64,000 nt of DNA from the human T2T-CHM13v2.0 reference genome, Homo sapiens, in NCBI RefSeq assembly GCF_009914755.1, contig NC_060939.1. One strand, given 5' to 3'. Positions 1-18,280 of the stretch are shown piece by piece. Position numbers and translations under genes: made by a program. The notes beneath the pieces are model-generated. The model had not been told where the DNA came from, did no database searches, and saw only the letters and a program-made list of their open reading frames with translations. Each line of letters starts with the position of its first letter. Within the stretch, counting starts at the first letter, position 1.

Positions 1-846
<846 letters not shown>

Positions 847-885
847 TATTTATGCAATGGAATACTATGTGAAAAAGCATGAAGT

Positions 886-1276
<391 letters not shown>

Positions 1277-2349
1277 TTAGCTCACATTTGTTCTTAGTTG
1301 TACAAAAATAGGCAGTGTGGCCTTGTGGCCTTCGATCCATAGTTTGTGGACAAGTCCCCTATCCCCTCAAATTCTCTGATAGGCAGAAAAGGCACCTCTC
1401 GCACAAATGACTTCATCTGTCTGGATCTTTGCCTCCCGCAGGCCAGTGGCCATGATGCTAACACCTGTCCCCACTGCCTGGGTGCCTATTTCCAGAATAA
1501 AGGAGGAAGGGGTGGACCCCTGGGCTCTGTTCCCTGATAAGTCCAAGACCTTTGAAGATCCGGCTCCTTCTAAATTAGAAGCAGGTCTTCTCAAGAGCCT
1601 GACCCTCCTAAGTTGGGCCAGGAACTGGGGTCATCTTGGGGTAGGAAGAGGGGCAAAGTTTTGCCCCAAGGCTGCCGCTCTTCCTCTCTGTCCTCCACGC
1701 GTTTCAAGCCTGCCTCTGGGCCAGCCTCTGACACAGGCAGCTGAGGTGGCATCAGGGGCGCTGGGCTCAGAGAGGGATGAGGAGGCTGACATATACCTGG
1801 GCCTGCCTTCCTGTGGTAGGAATGGGGTTGGGAGATTTTCTTGAAAGCCTGAGGGTGGAAGGCTCCGATGAGGTAGACTGTGCTGACCACTTCCTTCCAA
1901 GATAGCGTCTCTGATCTCCTCTCTGTTCTTTAGTTTTGGCTGATCTCCTCTTCCCTACCCTCTTTTCTTCCTCCACTCTCTGAACCTGTCTCTGTTTCCT
2001 TCCTCTCTAGTCCCCCAGCACGCCCACTCTGCTGCCTCTGAACTTTTGCTCAGATAGCTCTCTCTGCCTGCCATTCCTGTCTCCCTTTCCCACCGGAAGT
2101 TACCATCTTTCTGATCCCATCTCTTCGCTCCAGTGGGCCGGCCTGGGAGCTGTCTTCCAGATGATGAGCACATGGAGCTGGCCTGATGAGAACCACACCC
2201 CAGTTCTGTGGCCCCCAATCGCCCGGAGGGCACCTCCAGACCCCTCAGCCTGGCATTCAAGGCCTCTCATGGTCTGTCTCTGGCTGCCTTCCCATCCAAC
2301 TGCCGCTTACTGCCCTCAGAGTGCTGGGAGGGGAGGGAATAGTGTAACC

Positions 2350-2957
<608 letters not shown>

Positions 2958-3247
2958 CTGCCTAACCCTAACCCCCAACCCTTCACCCCCAAAAAGGTAG
3001 GTGTAATAGAAGGTCCTGTGGGGATTAAACTTGCGAGGGTTTTCTTTTCTTTTTGCTTTCCCAGGGTAGACGTGAAGGGAGATTATACCTGTTAGAAGCT
3101 TGGTGTATGCTCACAGTCCTGGGCATACAGGACTCAACGAAGTCTTGTCCAGGAACCGGGGAATGGGCAGCTCTTTGTGTACAAGGGTTATAAAAGGAGA
3201 GGTTTTGACATGGGTCCTTAGAAGAGAACCAGGTGTCTGCATCAGGC

Positions 3248-3287
3248 ATGTGTGTGTGTGTGTGTGTGTGCGTGCATGCACGTGCGT
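3248..3287. repeat. (TG)n microsatellite running into alternating purine-pyrimidine sequence
   Basis: tgtg...tgcgtgcatgcacgtgcgt. Confidence 0.9.
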
Positions 3288-5530
3288 TGCAGGCAGCTCA
3301 TTACCCTGGAGGACAGGGGAGTGGGCTCTTGTCAGCACAGCTTGGAACAGGAAAGCTATGCTCTGGAACCCTGTGGAGTCCTGGCTAGGGGCGGCCCCTT
3401 CCCGTTATGGGCAGCAGGAAAGTTTCTAGGAGGGGGACCTGGGAGTCCTATCTTTTCCTTTCAGCACCTCCTTCCATCCCTCCCTTTTTCATGCCCCCTT
3501 TCTCTCCTTGCCCCAGAACAAGGTGAGCGCCGCAGGTGCAAAGGCCCATATCTACCTGCTTCTCCTTGGAATGCCCGGGCTCTGAGTGGCTCTGAGGAGA
3601 GTCCTGGGAGAAGGGGCTGCAGAGGCCGGATTCCATCCACTTGGAGGCCTGACTTCCAGGCAGGGAGCCCCTCATACACTTGCACATTGCGACTGGGCAG
3701 GCAACCCGGTTAACCTGTGGCTTCAGACACTAGCACCCTCCCCTCAGTCACTTATAAAATGTGTGTGGGTGTGGGAAGGGGATCCCAGACTGAGGGAGGT
3801 GCAGGGGGCTGTCTGGGGCACTGGGCTGATGGCTGGGGTCTCTAGGAAAGGCCTGGTATAAAGGGTCATTCATTGTGACAGGTGTGCAGTGGGTACTGGC
3901 CTGGTCATGGCCAGCTGGAGCTTTCAGCAGGATGTAGTCAGGGCTGAGGTGCAGCCCTCCCTCCTGAGCTCGAGCTGTGCTCTTGGCAGAAGTCACTGTT
4001 TCAGACTGGAACACTGTGTTGGTAACAGAAGGGCAGCCTGGCCTGGCCAACTAACCATACAGCTAGAAGGTGACCTCGGTGACCAGCTGGTGCAGCCTCC
4101 CATGGTACAGATGGGCAAATGGAGGCCACTGGTGGAGGGAGAAACTGAAGACGGACTCAGGGTGAGGGAGTGCGCCACACTGTATCTGAACCAGCCCATT
4201 CACAGCTCTCCGAGGTGGGGCTCGTTCTTCCTATTTTACAGATGGGAAGAGCCAGGTTCAGAGGCGTTGTGAGCTTGGTAGACACTTGTGGCTGGCAAGT
4301 GGAAGAGCCATGTTCCAACCCCATGACAGTGATGCACCTGCACCTCCTGATGGGAGCTCATCTTTCCTTCAGTGTCTCTCCCCTTCCTCCAGAACCTTGT
4401 ATCTCAGAGTTTGGGAACAGGGAGGGAGAATTTCAGGGAGTGAGCCTGGCAAAGTAGCAGGAGCATCAGCCCACTGACTTAGGTGAGTGAGAACTAGAAC
4501 TTTATTTTTCTATCATTTTACTTAGTGTCAGTTCAAGCCCTCTTGGAGGATGGGAAGCAGAAGAGGGAAAAGGCACAAACTCAATCTCAGGTGGTTTGAA
4601 TTACTCCCCTTTGCCCCAAGAAGTGGTCTCAGTTAAACCAGGTGGCTCTCTCCTGACTATATATAGTGCCATTTCTAGGGACCCCAGAGTCATTCTGCTG
4701 CTTGGGCATTGGTGGCACCCAGACACTTCTGTGAAGTGTTCATAGCCCTGTCTAGACATGTGCCCACCCAACCCCATCCCCACCAATTCTCCCTCAAGAT
4801 CTCCTGCTGTCCTAGGGGGTTCACTTTGGGTGCAGCTCTCCTTGGTTCCTGGACCCTTGGGTTCAGCAGCTTCCCAGGACATCTCAGATTTCATATTGAT
4901 GGTTTCCATGATCTCCCCTCCCTGCAGCCTGAGGGATGATGGGTCAGCAAGGAAAGTGGGGAGGTTTTCCTCTGGACTTCTAGGGACAGACCACTGGCAT
5001 GGGAAGAGCACCCACTCTGGTCCCTGGCTGCTCTGCTGATGGGGTGGGGGTGGGGGCACTGTTCTGAGGGTCTCTTAGCATGCAGGTGGTTTCCATTCTC
5101 TTTCTTGTGGACAGTTCACATATTGCTCTGACATCATTAGTCAGCCTCAATCTCCCAGGGCCATGGGGGTCTGTGCCCCACCAGGCTCTGGAAGCCTTCA
5201 CTTTTTGTATAGAGCACCTTGGCATAAGTGACTCCATCTTAGAAAAGGACTCCACCTTACATTTCAAAAGGCATCAAACCAACAGGGTCCAGATATTTGC
5301 CTAATCAGTAGAGATAACACCCAAACAGATAAGGGCATCACCCTTTACTATCAATCCTCAACAGAGGACTCAAGGACCATAAAATGAGCAAGATTTCATC
5401 ACCTAGACCCTGCCGTCTTGACAGACCCTGTCTTGCTGTCACTTGGGATCAGCACCCAGCATCTGCCGCTGAAGGCTCTGCCCAAATCAAAGACTCTTCC
5501 TTGCAAGATGTTAATGACTATCCGGATTAG

Positions 5531-6194
<664 letters not shown>

Positions 6195-6274
6195 TCTCCC
6201 CTTTTCTTTTGATGTTCAATGTTACTGTTCGGTGTGAAATTTTAATCTATAACATTTATATGTGAAATATACTA

Positions 6275-7018
<744 letters not shown>

Positions 7019-7316
7019 TCAACGGCCCTTCGTCTTTGTGCTTGGGACAGGGTGCTAGGCAGACCAGGCCTTGGGAGTTGGTTTTGGGGGATGAGACTCC
7101 TCCATGAGACCAGCTTCAACCCTCCACACTGTTCCCACCTCCAGGGTTTCTCCTAACGTTTGGGCCAGAGTTTGCATTGTAACAGCCATCTGTGGCCATT
7201 TTAACTTAATATTTTAAATGACATCTTTTCTTGTCCAAATGTTGGCCTCGAGTTTAACTCTGGGGGTGGGGTGGGGATGGGTTGGGTATAGTGTTTCCTG
7301 GGACATGTGGACAAGC

Positions 7317-7335
7317 CGCCCCCAGGGGGCGCTCA
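7317..7335 (+). promoter_or_regulatory. Candidate CTCF site
   Basis: CCCCCAGGGGGCGCT, one mismatch to CCASYAGRKGGCRS. Confidence 0.4.
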
Positions 7336-8244
7336 CAGCCCGTCTGGGCAGCACCATGTTGCCAGCGATGCCTCCTGGGATGCAGTCTGCAGACCCCTCA
7401 ATGAGTGGTTCCCAGGAGGGGCAGGAGAGACTCTCAGGGCAGGGTGGCGGTGGGGATTGGTGTGCTGACCTTTCAACTCCACAGTGTGATTCCTCCTCCC
7501 ATTAGGAGACGGTCCCCCAGAAGGTCTAGTCCTGCCCAGAGTGGGGCAAGGATGGGCTTCAGGGAATTTGTATGCAAAGTGGTGTGAGGGAGACATGTAG
7601 AATATTTCTAGGGAAAGGGCTCATGGTTTTAATTAAGCATCACAAAAAGGGTTGGTACCCGCTTCACAGTTAGGGACCCTGCTCTGGGTACCAGAATCCC
7701 CAGACGGGAAATAGCTCGTGCACCATGGCTGACTGGTCATTCTGGCAGCCCCCAGGCAAGGTGGGCAGGTCAAACTTCTCTGAACACCCTGAGAAAAAGC
7801 CAACAGAGACCGCCATTCTCTTCTCCAAAAGGAGACAGAAAATGCCCCCTATTTCCTCTTGCCCCCGAGCTCTGCTCTGCCTGAGCAGGGCCCAGGACCC
7901 CCTGTCTGAGGAAGCAGAAGGCCTAGTCCTGCTACTTACTTGCCCAATGTTGCTGGGCCTTCATTTCCTTGCTTGTAAAGTGGGGATGTGAGTACCTGGT
8001 GTGTAGGGTGGTTCTGAGAATCAAAGGAGATGATCCTCATGGGCAGGGGTCTGTAATTCCCATAGAGCTGGGCACAGGGAGCCCTTGCTGCCTATTCTTG
8101 GCTGATGCCCCTCCTCCAGGGTCGAGGCCCTCTCTCCTGCAGGGCAGAGACATGGGCAGTGTCCATGTGCTGACCAGGGCTTCCTGGCTGCAGCGGGACA
8201 GCGTGTCTCCTTTAGAAAGGTAACAGGTAGGTCATGTAATTAAG

Positions 8245-8357
8245 TTAGAATGTGAGTTCCACAAGAGTAGGAGTTGTGTCTGTTTTGTTCATTCCTGTAT
8301 CATCAGGGCCTAGAACAGAACCTGGCATGTAGTAGGTGCTCAAGAAATATCTGTCGA
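8245..8357 (+). mobile_element. L2 LINE 3' end
   Basis: ...cagggcctagaacagaacctggcatgtagtaggtgctcaagaaatatctg, typical L2 terminus. Confidence 0.7.
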
Positions 8358-8715
<358 letters not shown>

Positions 8716-9507
8716 CTAGTAAGGTGTAGGGAATGGGTGGGGAGGGGCTGTGTGACATTTTCCCAAAGACCCGGTTTTAGTTCTGCCATAAACTCTCTGG
8801 ATGACCTTGGGTGAGTTCCTTCTCCTCTCTGGGCCTGTTTTCCCAACTATAAAATGAGAGGATTGGCTGAGGAGGTCTTTGTCTCAGCCCGGCTCCGACG
8901 CCCTGTGCCTCCATGGGAAGCATGCCCCACACTGTCTAGAGAAGAGTGTCTGATGGGGGAGGAGGGAGGGACACGAGAAGCCCAAGAGGTCTGACAGGGA
9001 CCAAGAGGAGCTGCCGTGGCATGGGAGCATGGCAGGTGGGCACTCATCCTATAGTGAGACCCAGACCCATCCTCTGGCAGCTGGTGACTGCGGCAACTTT
9101 CTGCTGCCACCCACAGGAACAAGCATCTCTCCTCCCATCCCCAGCCCTTCTGCCTTCACCTGTAGAAGGAGGCGCTGCAGGTGTGTGCTCCTTCTCAGTT
9201 TGCAAACTGAGCAAATGATAAGACTTCTAGGATACAATGTCATCTGGGTCCAAGCAGAACCGCTGGTTGAAGCTTTGGGGAAAAGACATTCCATCTCTAG
9301 TTGAGGCTCTGCTGCACCCCTTGGACCTGGGTTGAAACCTTCACAGCCCCCTGAACCTCGGGGTGATAGCGAGGTGACATGGTGGGGCTTTCATGTAGCT
9401 CCATGATATTATAAGCCATTAAATACTAAACTTAACACCACTGCCCTTTCTTTGGTCTCTTGTCCTAATTTTCTTCTGAGAGTAAGCTGACAATTACTTT
9501 CATTCTA

Positions 9508-9834
<327 letters not shown>

Positions 9835-9835
9835 T

Positions 9836-10115
9836 CCAGGCATGGTGGCCCACACCTGTAACACTTTGGGAGGCTGAGGCAGGTACATGGCTTGAGCCCA
9901 GGAGTTTAAGACCAGCCTGGGCAATGTGGCAAAAACTCATCTCTACAAAAAATTAGCTGGGTGTGGTGGCGTGGGCCTGTAGTCCTAGCTACTCAGGAGA
10001 TTGAGGTGGGAGAATCACCTGAGCCCAGGGAGGTCGAGGCTGCAGTGAGCCTTGTTTGTGCCACTGCACTCCAGCCTGAGCAATAGAGTAAGATAAATAA
10101 ATAAAATAAAATAAA
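9836..10115 (+). mobile_element. Alu SINE (AluJ-like)
   Basis: Second Alu in tandem, with small deletions. Confidence 0.9.
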
Positions 10116-10273
10116 TGAGACTCTTATGTGTTCTTCTGAGAAAGTTCTAGCATGTTGCCCACCACCCACAAAAAAACCTAGCACTGTCTCCAGCAACCAG
10201 TGAAACCATACTAACTAAAACCCAATTGGATTAAAAATGACTTACAACAAAAGTAGAATGTGCTTTTGTGTGA

Positions 10274-10601
<328 letters not shown>

Positions 10602-10619
10602 AAGATTTTTTTAAGTGAA

Positions 10620-11185
10620 AACTCTCACTTCCCCTCCATCTCATTGTCTAATATGAATATTTTGGTGCATCATTCCAGACATTTCTATGCATATATGGAC
10701 TCTGCACACACAAACATTTATATGCTTTTTTCTACAAATAAGATCAGAATCTACATACTATACTGCAGTATATATATTCTTCCAAGTCAGCACTGTGGTC
10801 ACTCTTTGACCACATTAATGCACATTTGATTTATTTCCAGTTTTCTATTATTGCAAAGATTGTTGATATGGCCTTTTGTACCTAATTTTTGTGCAGTTGT
10901 GTGAGTTTATCTGCAAGGTAACTTTCTAGAAGTGGCATTACTGAATCAAAGCATATACATATTTAAAACGTTTATAGATATCATCAAACTACCAAGCTCA
11001 AATTTTTGTACATTTACATGTTCACCAACTGCAATTTGCTTATTTCCCCATACCATTACCTGACCATTTAAAAAATCTTTATCCTGTAGGTGAGGGTTGT
11101 ATTACATTTCTTCAAATGTAAGTGAAGTTGAACACCTCTTGTATTTATGAACCTTTTATATTTTTTCCTACTCTTTAGTTGTCTG
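10620..11185 (-). mobile_element. Old L1 (L1M) fragment
   Basis: AT-rich degenerate L1 3' motifs (tttccagttttctattattgcaa, ttctagaagtggcattactgaatcaaag). Confidence 0.55.
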
Positions 11186-11189
11186 TTTC

Positions 11190-11521
<332 letters not shown>

Positions 11522-11903
11522 TAAAATCCACATGGTAACAATGATTACTATTCCCTTTATGGAGTCCTGGTTCCTTGCCTAGCTGCATTTTTAATACTAC
11601 AGCCCTGGCAACTATGAAGGTCCTTAGTCCACATATTGAGATTCAAGGGAGAAAGGTTTTTTTTGCCAACTGCAGCTGAAGAGCAAGAGATACAGAGGGC
11701 CTGTCCTTTGCCAGGTCTAGAATCTGATCCCTGCAGGGAGAAAAGGTACAACTGAGAGAGGGAAGGTAAGCTGGAGAGAAGTCTTAGATTTTAGTGCCCC
11801 TGGTAGCTGTCCTATCTCCCCTTGACTCCAGTTTCTCTAAATGCAAAATATGATTGAATCAACTGAAGTAACGCCAAAGTGACATCCTGTTTTAACATTT
11901 GCT

Positions 11904-12270
11904 GATGCAGCCATAAAAAAAAAAAATCATGTCCTTTGCAGCAACATGAATGCAGCTGGAGGCCATTATCCTAAGCGAATTAATGCAGGAACAGAAAACC
12001 AAATACCGCATGTTCTCACTTATAAATGGGAGTTAAACATTGGATACTCATGGACATAAAGATGGGAACAAAAGAAACTGGAGACTACTAGAGTGGGGAG
12101 GGAGGAGGGAAGGCAAGGGTTAAAAACTAACTATTGGGTACTATGCTCAGTACCTGTGGGATGGGATCATTGGTAATCCAAACCTCAGCAGCATGCAATA
12201 TAGCCAGGTAACAAACCTGCACGTGTACCCTGGAATCTAAAATAAAAGTTGAAAACATAATTAAATAAAA
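11904..12270 (+). mobile_element. L1 3' end (L1PB/old L1PA type)
   Basis: gcagccataaaa...atcatgtcctttgcagcaacatg...atgttctcacttataaatgggag...aacctgcacgtgtaccc...aataaaagtt. Confidence 0.9.
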
Positions 12271-12275
12271 CTCCC

Positions 12276-12589
<314 letters not shown>

Positions 12590-12891
12590 TCATTGAACAA
12601 ATGAATGATACTAGGCCCACAGCAGTTAAATGGCTTATCAAAAGATACACAGCTGGTTTGTGATGGGTGGAGAGGCCTGGGAACCAAAGAGAGAGCTGTG
12701 TTTGGAGTTTTCTACCCCATCACCTGGCCTGTGGCACCAGCCCGCAGGTGGCTATAGAAGTTTGTGTCAGTTTCTTGTACTATTTCTGCCATATGTGATG
12801 GGTGATTTAAATTAATAACACCCATTTTATTCAGAATAATTCCTAAAAATGCTTTTTTTGGTATAATTTTTTAAAATAAATAATTCACTCT

Positions 12892-13045
12892 TGGCCAGGC
12901 ACAGACGCTCATGCCTGTAATCACAACATTTTGGGAGGCCAAGGCAGGGAGATCACTTGAGCCCAGGAGTTTGAGACCAGCCTGGGCAATATAGTGAGAT
13001 TCCTGTCTCTATTTTTTAAAGGTAACAATAATAAAAATAAATAAT
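12892..13045 (+). mobile_element. Alu left monomer (FLAM-like)
   Basis: Single Alu arm followed by A-rich tail. Confidence 0.8.
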
Positions 13046-13342
13046 AATTCCCTCTCATAGTTTACAATAAAAATTGTGAAAATACTCTATGCCACCCTGT
13101 CACTCACTCAGCCACCCAGTTCACTTCCCCACAGGCTACCTGTGTTATTAGATTCTTGTGTAGCTTTGTAAATGTATTTTATGAATGTGCAAGAAAATAA
13201 ATTTTATATATTCCTTAAAAAAAAGTTTGATGAGTTTATTCCTACATGATGTGACCTCAGACCTATTTCTCTTCCTCTATAAAAGGAGGAGGTAAAATAG
13301 TGAAAAGTCAGTCCTTTCCAGCACTGCAGACTCGCGATGCCA

Positions 13343-13720
13343 TAGCAGAACTTCCCAACCTTCGCTGTGCATCGGAGGTCAAGGAGCAGTCAAGAATGCT
13401 GATGCTCCGGCCATACTCTGGGACAATTAAATTAGGAGCTCTGGGGATGAGGCCTCAATCACTTTTAATGCTCCCAGCTATTCTGATGCTTGCTATGTCC
13501 GGAGTGCAGCCTGAGATTCTGCATTTCCAGCAAGCTGCAGGTGAGGCTGATGTTGCATGCTCGGGACCACACTCTGAGAAGCCAGGGTGGCCACATCGGC
13601 ATCACTGGGAGCTCCTTAGATATGCAGACCCTCAGGCCCCACCCCAGTCCTCCTCGACCTACATGTCAGCAGTTCAGCAAGAGCCCTGTGAATCAATCTT
13701 GTTGACAAGACTCATTCGGG
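13343..13720. mobile_element. hAT-Charlie MER5-type fragments
   Basis: gagattctgcatttccagcaagctgcaggtgaggctgatg...ggaccacactctgagaag, MER5A-like. Confidence 0.6.
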
Positions 13721-14214
13721 TGCCCAAATCTGGCAGGACAGTGATGCCCAGGGACCTCTTTCCCAGGCAGAGCAGCCCAGCCTGATCCCCCAGTCTGGCT
13801 TCCCCAAGTGCCTCTGTGCTGCTCAGGGGAACACATTCATTTTCAAAAGCAGCACCTTTGAAGCAGAGGTTACACCGTTGTATTCACTTTTTGAGAATTC
13901 ATTGAGCTGAATACTTATGATCTTGCCAACGAAAAAGGGACAGGACCAGGTTATCCCATCCCAAACTCCAAAAAGGTTGAGTAGCCCTGACTCAGCTGTA
14001 CTTTGCAGGACAGGTTAGACACACAGGGATAATATTTGCGAGTCAAAAGGGTAGTAGGCGTCTGCTTTCTTTCTAACATGGAAGGAAGGAAGGGGTGAAG
14101 GGGTCTGTGTCAGCTATTAAACAGTACCTGGGTCTGTTGACAATTGAAATGGATCTTGAGTGAACCTCAGTTTTCTCATCTGTATGAGGTGGCTAGTGAT
14201 GCCTCTTTCTCTAG

Positions 14215-14527
<313 letters not shown>

Positions 14528-14694
14528 AGGTTTTTCAGTTTAAGGTTAAACAATATTCAAGCAAAGTAGCTAGCCTGGCACATAGTAGGTGCTCAAATCT
14601 ATCCAATGCAGCCTTGTTGGGGGCTTCCCATGAAATGGGTTATGGTCAGGTCTTGGTGCCATGGTTAGTGGCGTCAGACAGACCTGGCCTGCCC

Positions 14695-14840
14695 CTCACT
14701 AGTTGCAGGACCTTAGATTAGTCATCTTGTCTCCCTGCACCTCAGTTTACTTGTCTGTTGAATCACATGGTAGAACCACCTCGGCAGAGTTGTCATAAGG
14801 ATTAAATGAGGTCGAGAGTGTGAGGCTTGGTGGCTGGTGC
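14695..14840 (+). mobile_element. MIR SINE
   Basis: cctcagtttacttgtctg...gttgtcataaggattaaatgag core. Confidence 0.6.
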
Positions 14841-15354
14841 CAGGCCCAGAGCCGCGGCTCTGTCGGCCTGAGTTCAGGCTGTGGGTAGCCAGCTGTGGGA
14901 GACCTGGCTTCAGAGAACAGAGTCCCCTTTGACTCTGCCGGCCACTGTAGTCATTACTCCACAATCGCTGAGCCCTGGAGAGCAAATATCCCCACAGGCC
15001 AGCTTTTTTCTTGGCTGCAGCCCCTTCAGCCAGCCAGGTTTGGGTTGGCAGGCAGAGCGAGAGGTGTGGCTGTGACGTGAGCACGAGTCCCCATGTGTGC
15101 TGAAGCTACGCAGGTGGGGGTGGGGGCTCCCAGCCTGTCTCAGTGGCTCAGGGCAGCGCCTACTCTTAGCTTCCAGAGCCTGGCAGGGCCCTGCTGCTTT
15201 GGGCCAGTGGAGGGAGAGCACCTTGGCCTCAGTGGGGCTCAGGCCATCCCTAAGGCATGGGTGTGATTGTTATTCTCATTTTATAGTTGGGGAAACTGAG
15301 GTCCCCAACTCTGGTGACCACCAGAGTGTACAGGAAGGCAGAGGCCCTTTCTGA

Positions 15355-15746
<392 letters not shown>

Positions 15747-15748
15747 TA

Positions 15749-16365
<617 letters not shown>

Positions 16366-16489
16366 AAGGCCTCATCAGACCTCAGAAGGGCTAACTCATG
16401 CCCACAAAGGCTTATTGGGCATCTGATTTGTGCCTGCCCCTGTGCCCATGCCAAGGAAGCAGGGAAAAGGGAGTCAGACACAGTCCTGC

Positions 16490-16660
16490 CAAGGCATGGG
16501 TTCAAATCCCAGCTCTGCCACTGGCTAGCTATGGGGGCAAGGCAAGTATCCACTCTGGGCATCACTTTCCTCATCTCTAAAATAGTTGTAGGGAATGAAA
16601 TAAGAAATATTGTGTGTGGTTTTTAATGCAGTCCTGGTTAATGTGAGAGATTATTAATAC
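16490..16660 (+). mobile_element. MIR SINE
   Basis: gggttcaaatcccagctctgccact...tttcctcatctctaaaat. Confidence 0.7.
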
Positions 16661-18129
16661 TCCTGAGCTAAAACTCAAGTATCTGTCACCAAAGCAGAAA
16701 AAGCACAGGAGAGAAGGGTTGGGGGGCTGCAGGCAGTTGCACAAGTAGGTGTATGGGGTGGGTTTGTTGGGGGAGGAAGATGTACCTCTAGACAGAAGGC
16801 TGGAAGGGGCAGAAGGCTGGTCTAGCCTTTGCTGTTCATGTTTGAGAGAGAAAGAGACCCAGAGAGGGTTTTGCCTAAAGACTGTGGCTAAAACAGGAGC
16901 CACAGTCTAGACTTCTGGGAGGGAAAAATGCTTTAACCACTCTGAACCTCAGTCCCCCGCAATCCCCATTGGTCACACAGGGGCTGCTGGGAGTGCTCTG
17001 TCTCTGGAGCAGGTGTGTATCTTTTGTACAATGTGATCCCCATGTCTTATGGGTGACCAAGGGTCCGTGATGGTGTTCTGGCAGCCCTTGACGTGCCAGA
17101 GCATGGTCCACTGAGGAATGAGACTTCATCCTTTTCCAAGTGGGGTTGGTCTGACCTCGGGGCCAGGCTTAGGCCGAGCCAGACTGATGGGAAAGGGGTC
17201 AAATTGTGGAGAGCCCCGGTGGGGTTCCAGGGACCCTTAAGAGAGGAGGTAGACTTTGGAGAGAACAGCAGCTTTGTCTCCTCTGACTGTGCTGTGGACA
17301 AGATGGTCCTGGGTCCTGGGGAGGTGAGAATTCCCAGGCTGATCCACAGGCACTCTAATCCCAGGGTGGGACCTGAGGCAGGGAGAGAAGCCAGCCCAGG
17401 GTTCTGGGCCTGGGGGTCTGAGTGGAGGAGGAGGAGGGAGAAGAGGAGGCAGAAAACTGTTGTCAGCCAGGAAATGTCTGCCGGAAGCACTTGAGCTAGT
17501 GTGCTTCCGGTAGGCGGTGCATACAGGCCCAGTGAACTCACCCCTCAGCCATTCCAGGATAGCCCCTCATTCCATGTAGACCATCCCATTGTCCCCTAGA
17601 ACAGCAACCTCTTTGCATCCAACCAACATCCATTCATTCAACAATGTTTACCAAGCACCCACTTTGTGTGGGTACTGCACCAGGCACTAGCATTCAGGGA
17701 CAAACTTTGGGGCTCAGTGGCTAATGGGTCTACATTTTCCAGCCAGCTCCCTGCACCTGGAGCTGGTGCAAATCTCCTTGCCTGCTGCTTTGGTTGGGAC
17801 ACTGAGGTCATCACTGACGAAGAACAGTCCCTAGAATGGGAACACCCCAGGGGTGGGGATGGCCTACAAACATTGATTTGGGCCCACTCATGACAAGTGC
17901 TACATTGGGGGTCTCCATCTGTTGTCTCATGAAGTTTCCCAACAACCAGTGGAGTGTCTCCTCCTCACTTACAGAGATGTACACATGAGTCTCAGGGGAG
18001 CTGGTGCCACGTCACACAGTTCATAAGAGTCTGCGCCAGGATTCAGACCCAGGTCTTTCCTGGACACCAAGACTTCAGAACTTGTACAACTCAGAACTTG
18101 AAGCTAGTACAAGTGAGCCTCTGATCTTG

Positions 18130-18280
18130 ATTTGAATCCTTGGCTTAAAACCGCGTCCTAGTCTAGTGGTTTGGGGAGGGTTACCTAGCTCCTCTGAGCC
18201 TCATTTTTCTCATCTGTAAAATGGGGCACATGGAGATAGTTCAGAGGAGGGCTATGAAGGTTAAGTGGGACAGTGATGTA
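18130..18280 (+). mobile_element. MIR SINE
   Basis: ctctgagcctcatttttctcatctgtaaaatgggg core. Confidence 0.65.

Noticed and set aside
3189-3196. TATAAAAG TATA-box match
   Set aside because: Short motif with no supporting promoter context; similar matches occur elsewhere.
18074-18112. TCAGAACTTG direct repeat with CTTGTAC/GTACAAG inverted repeat
   Set aside because: Too short to distinguish from chance or simple slippage.
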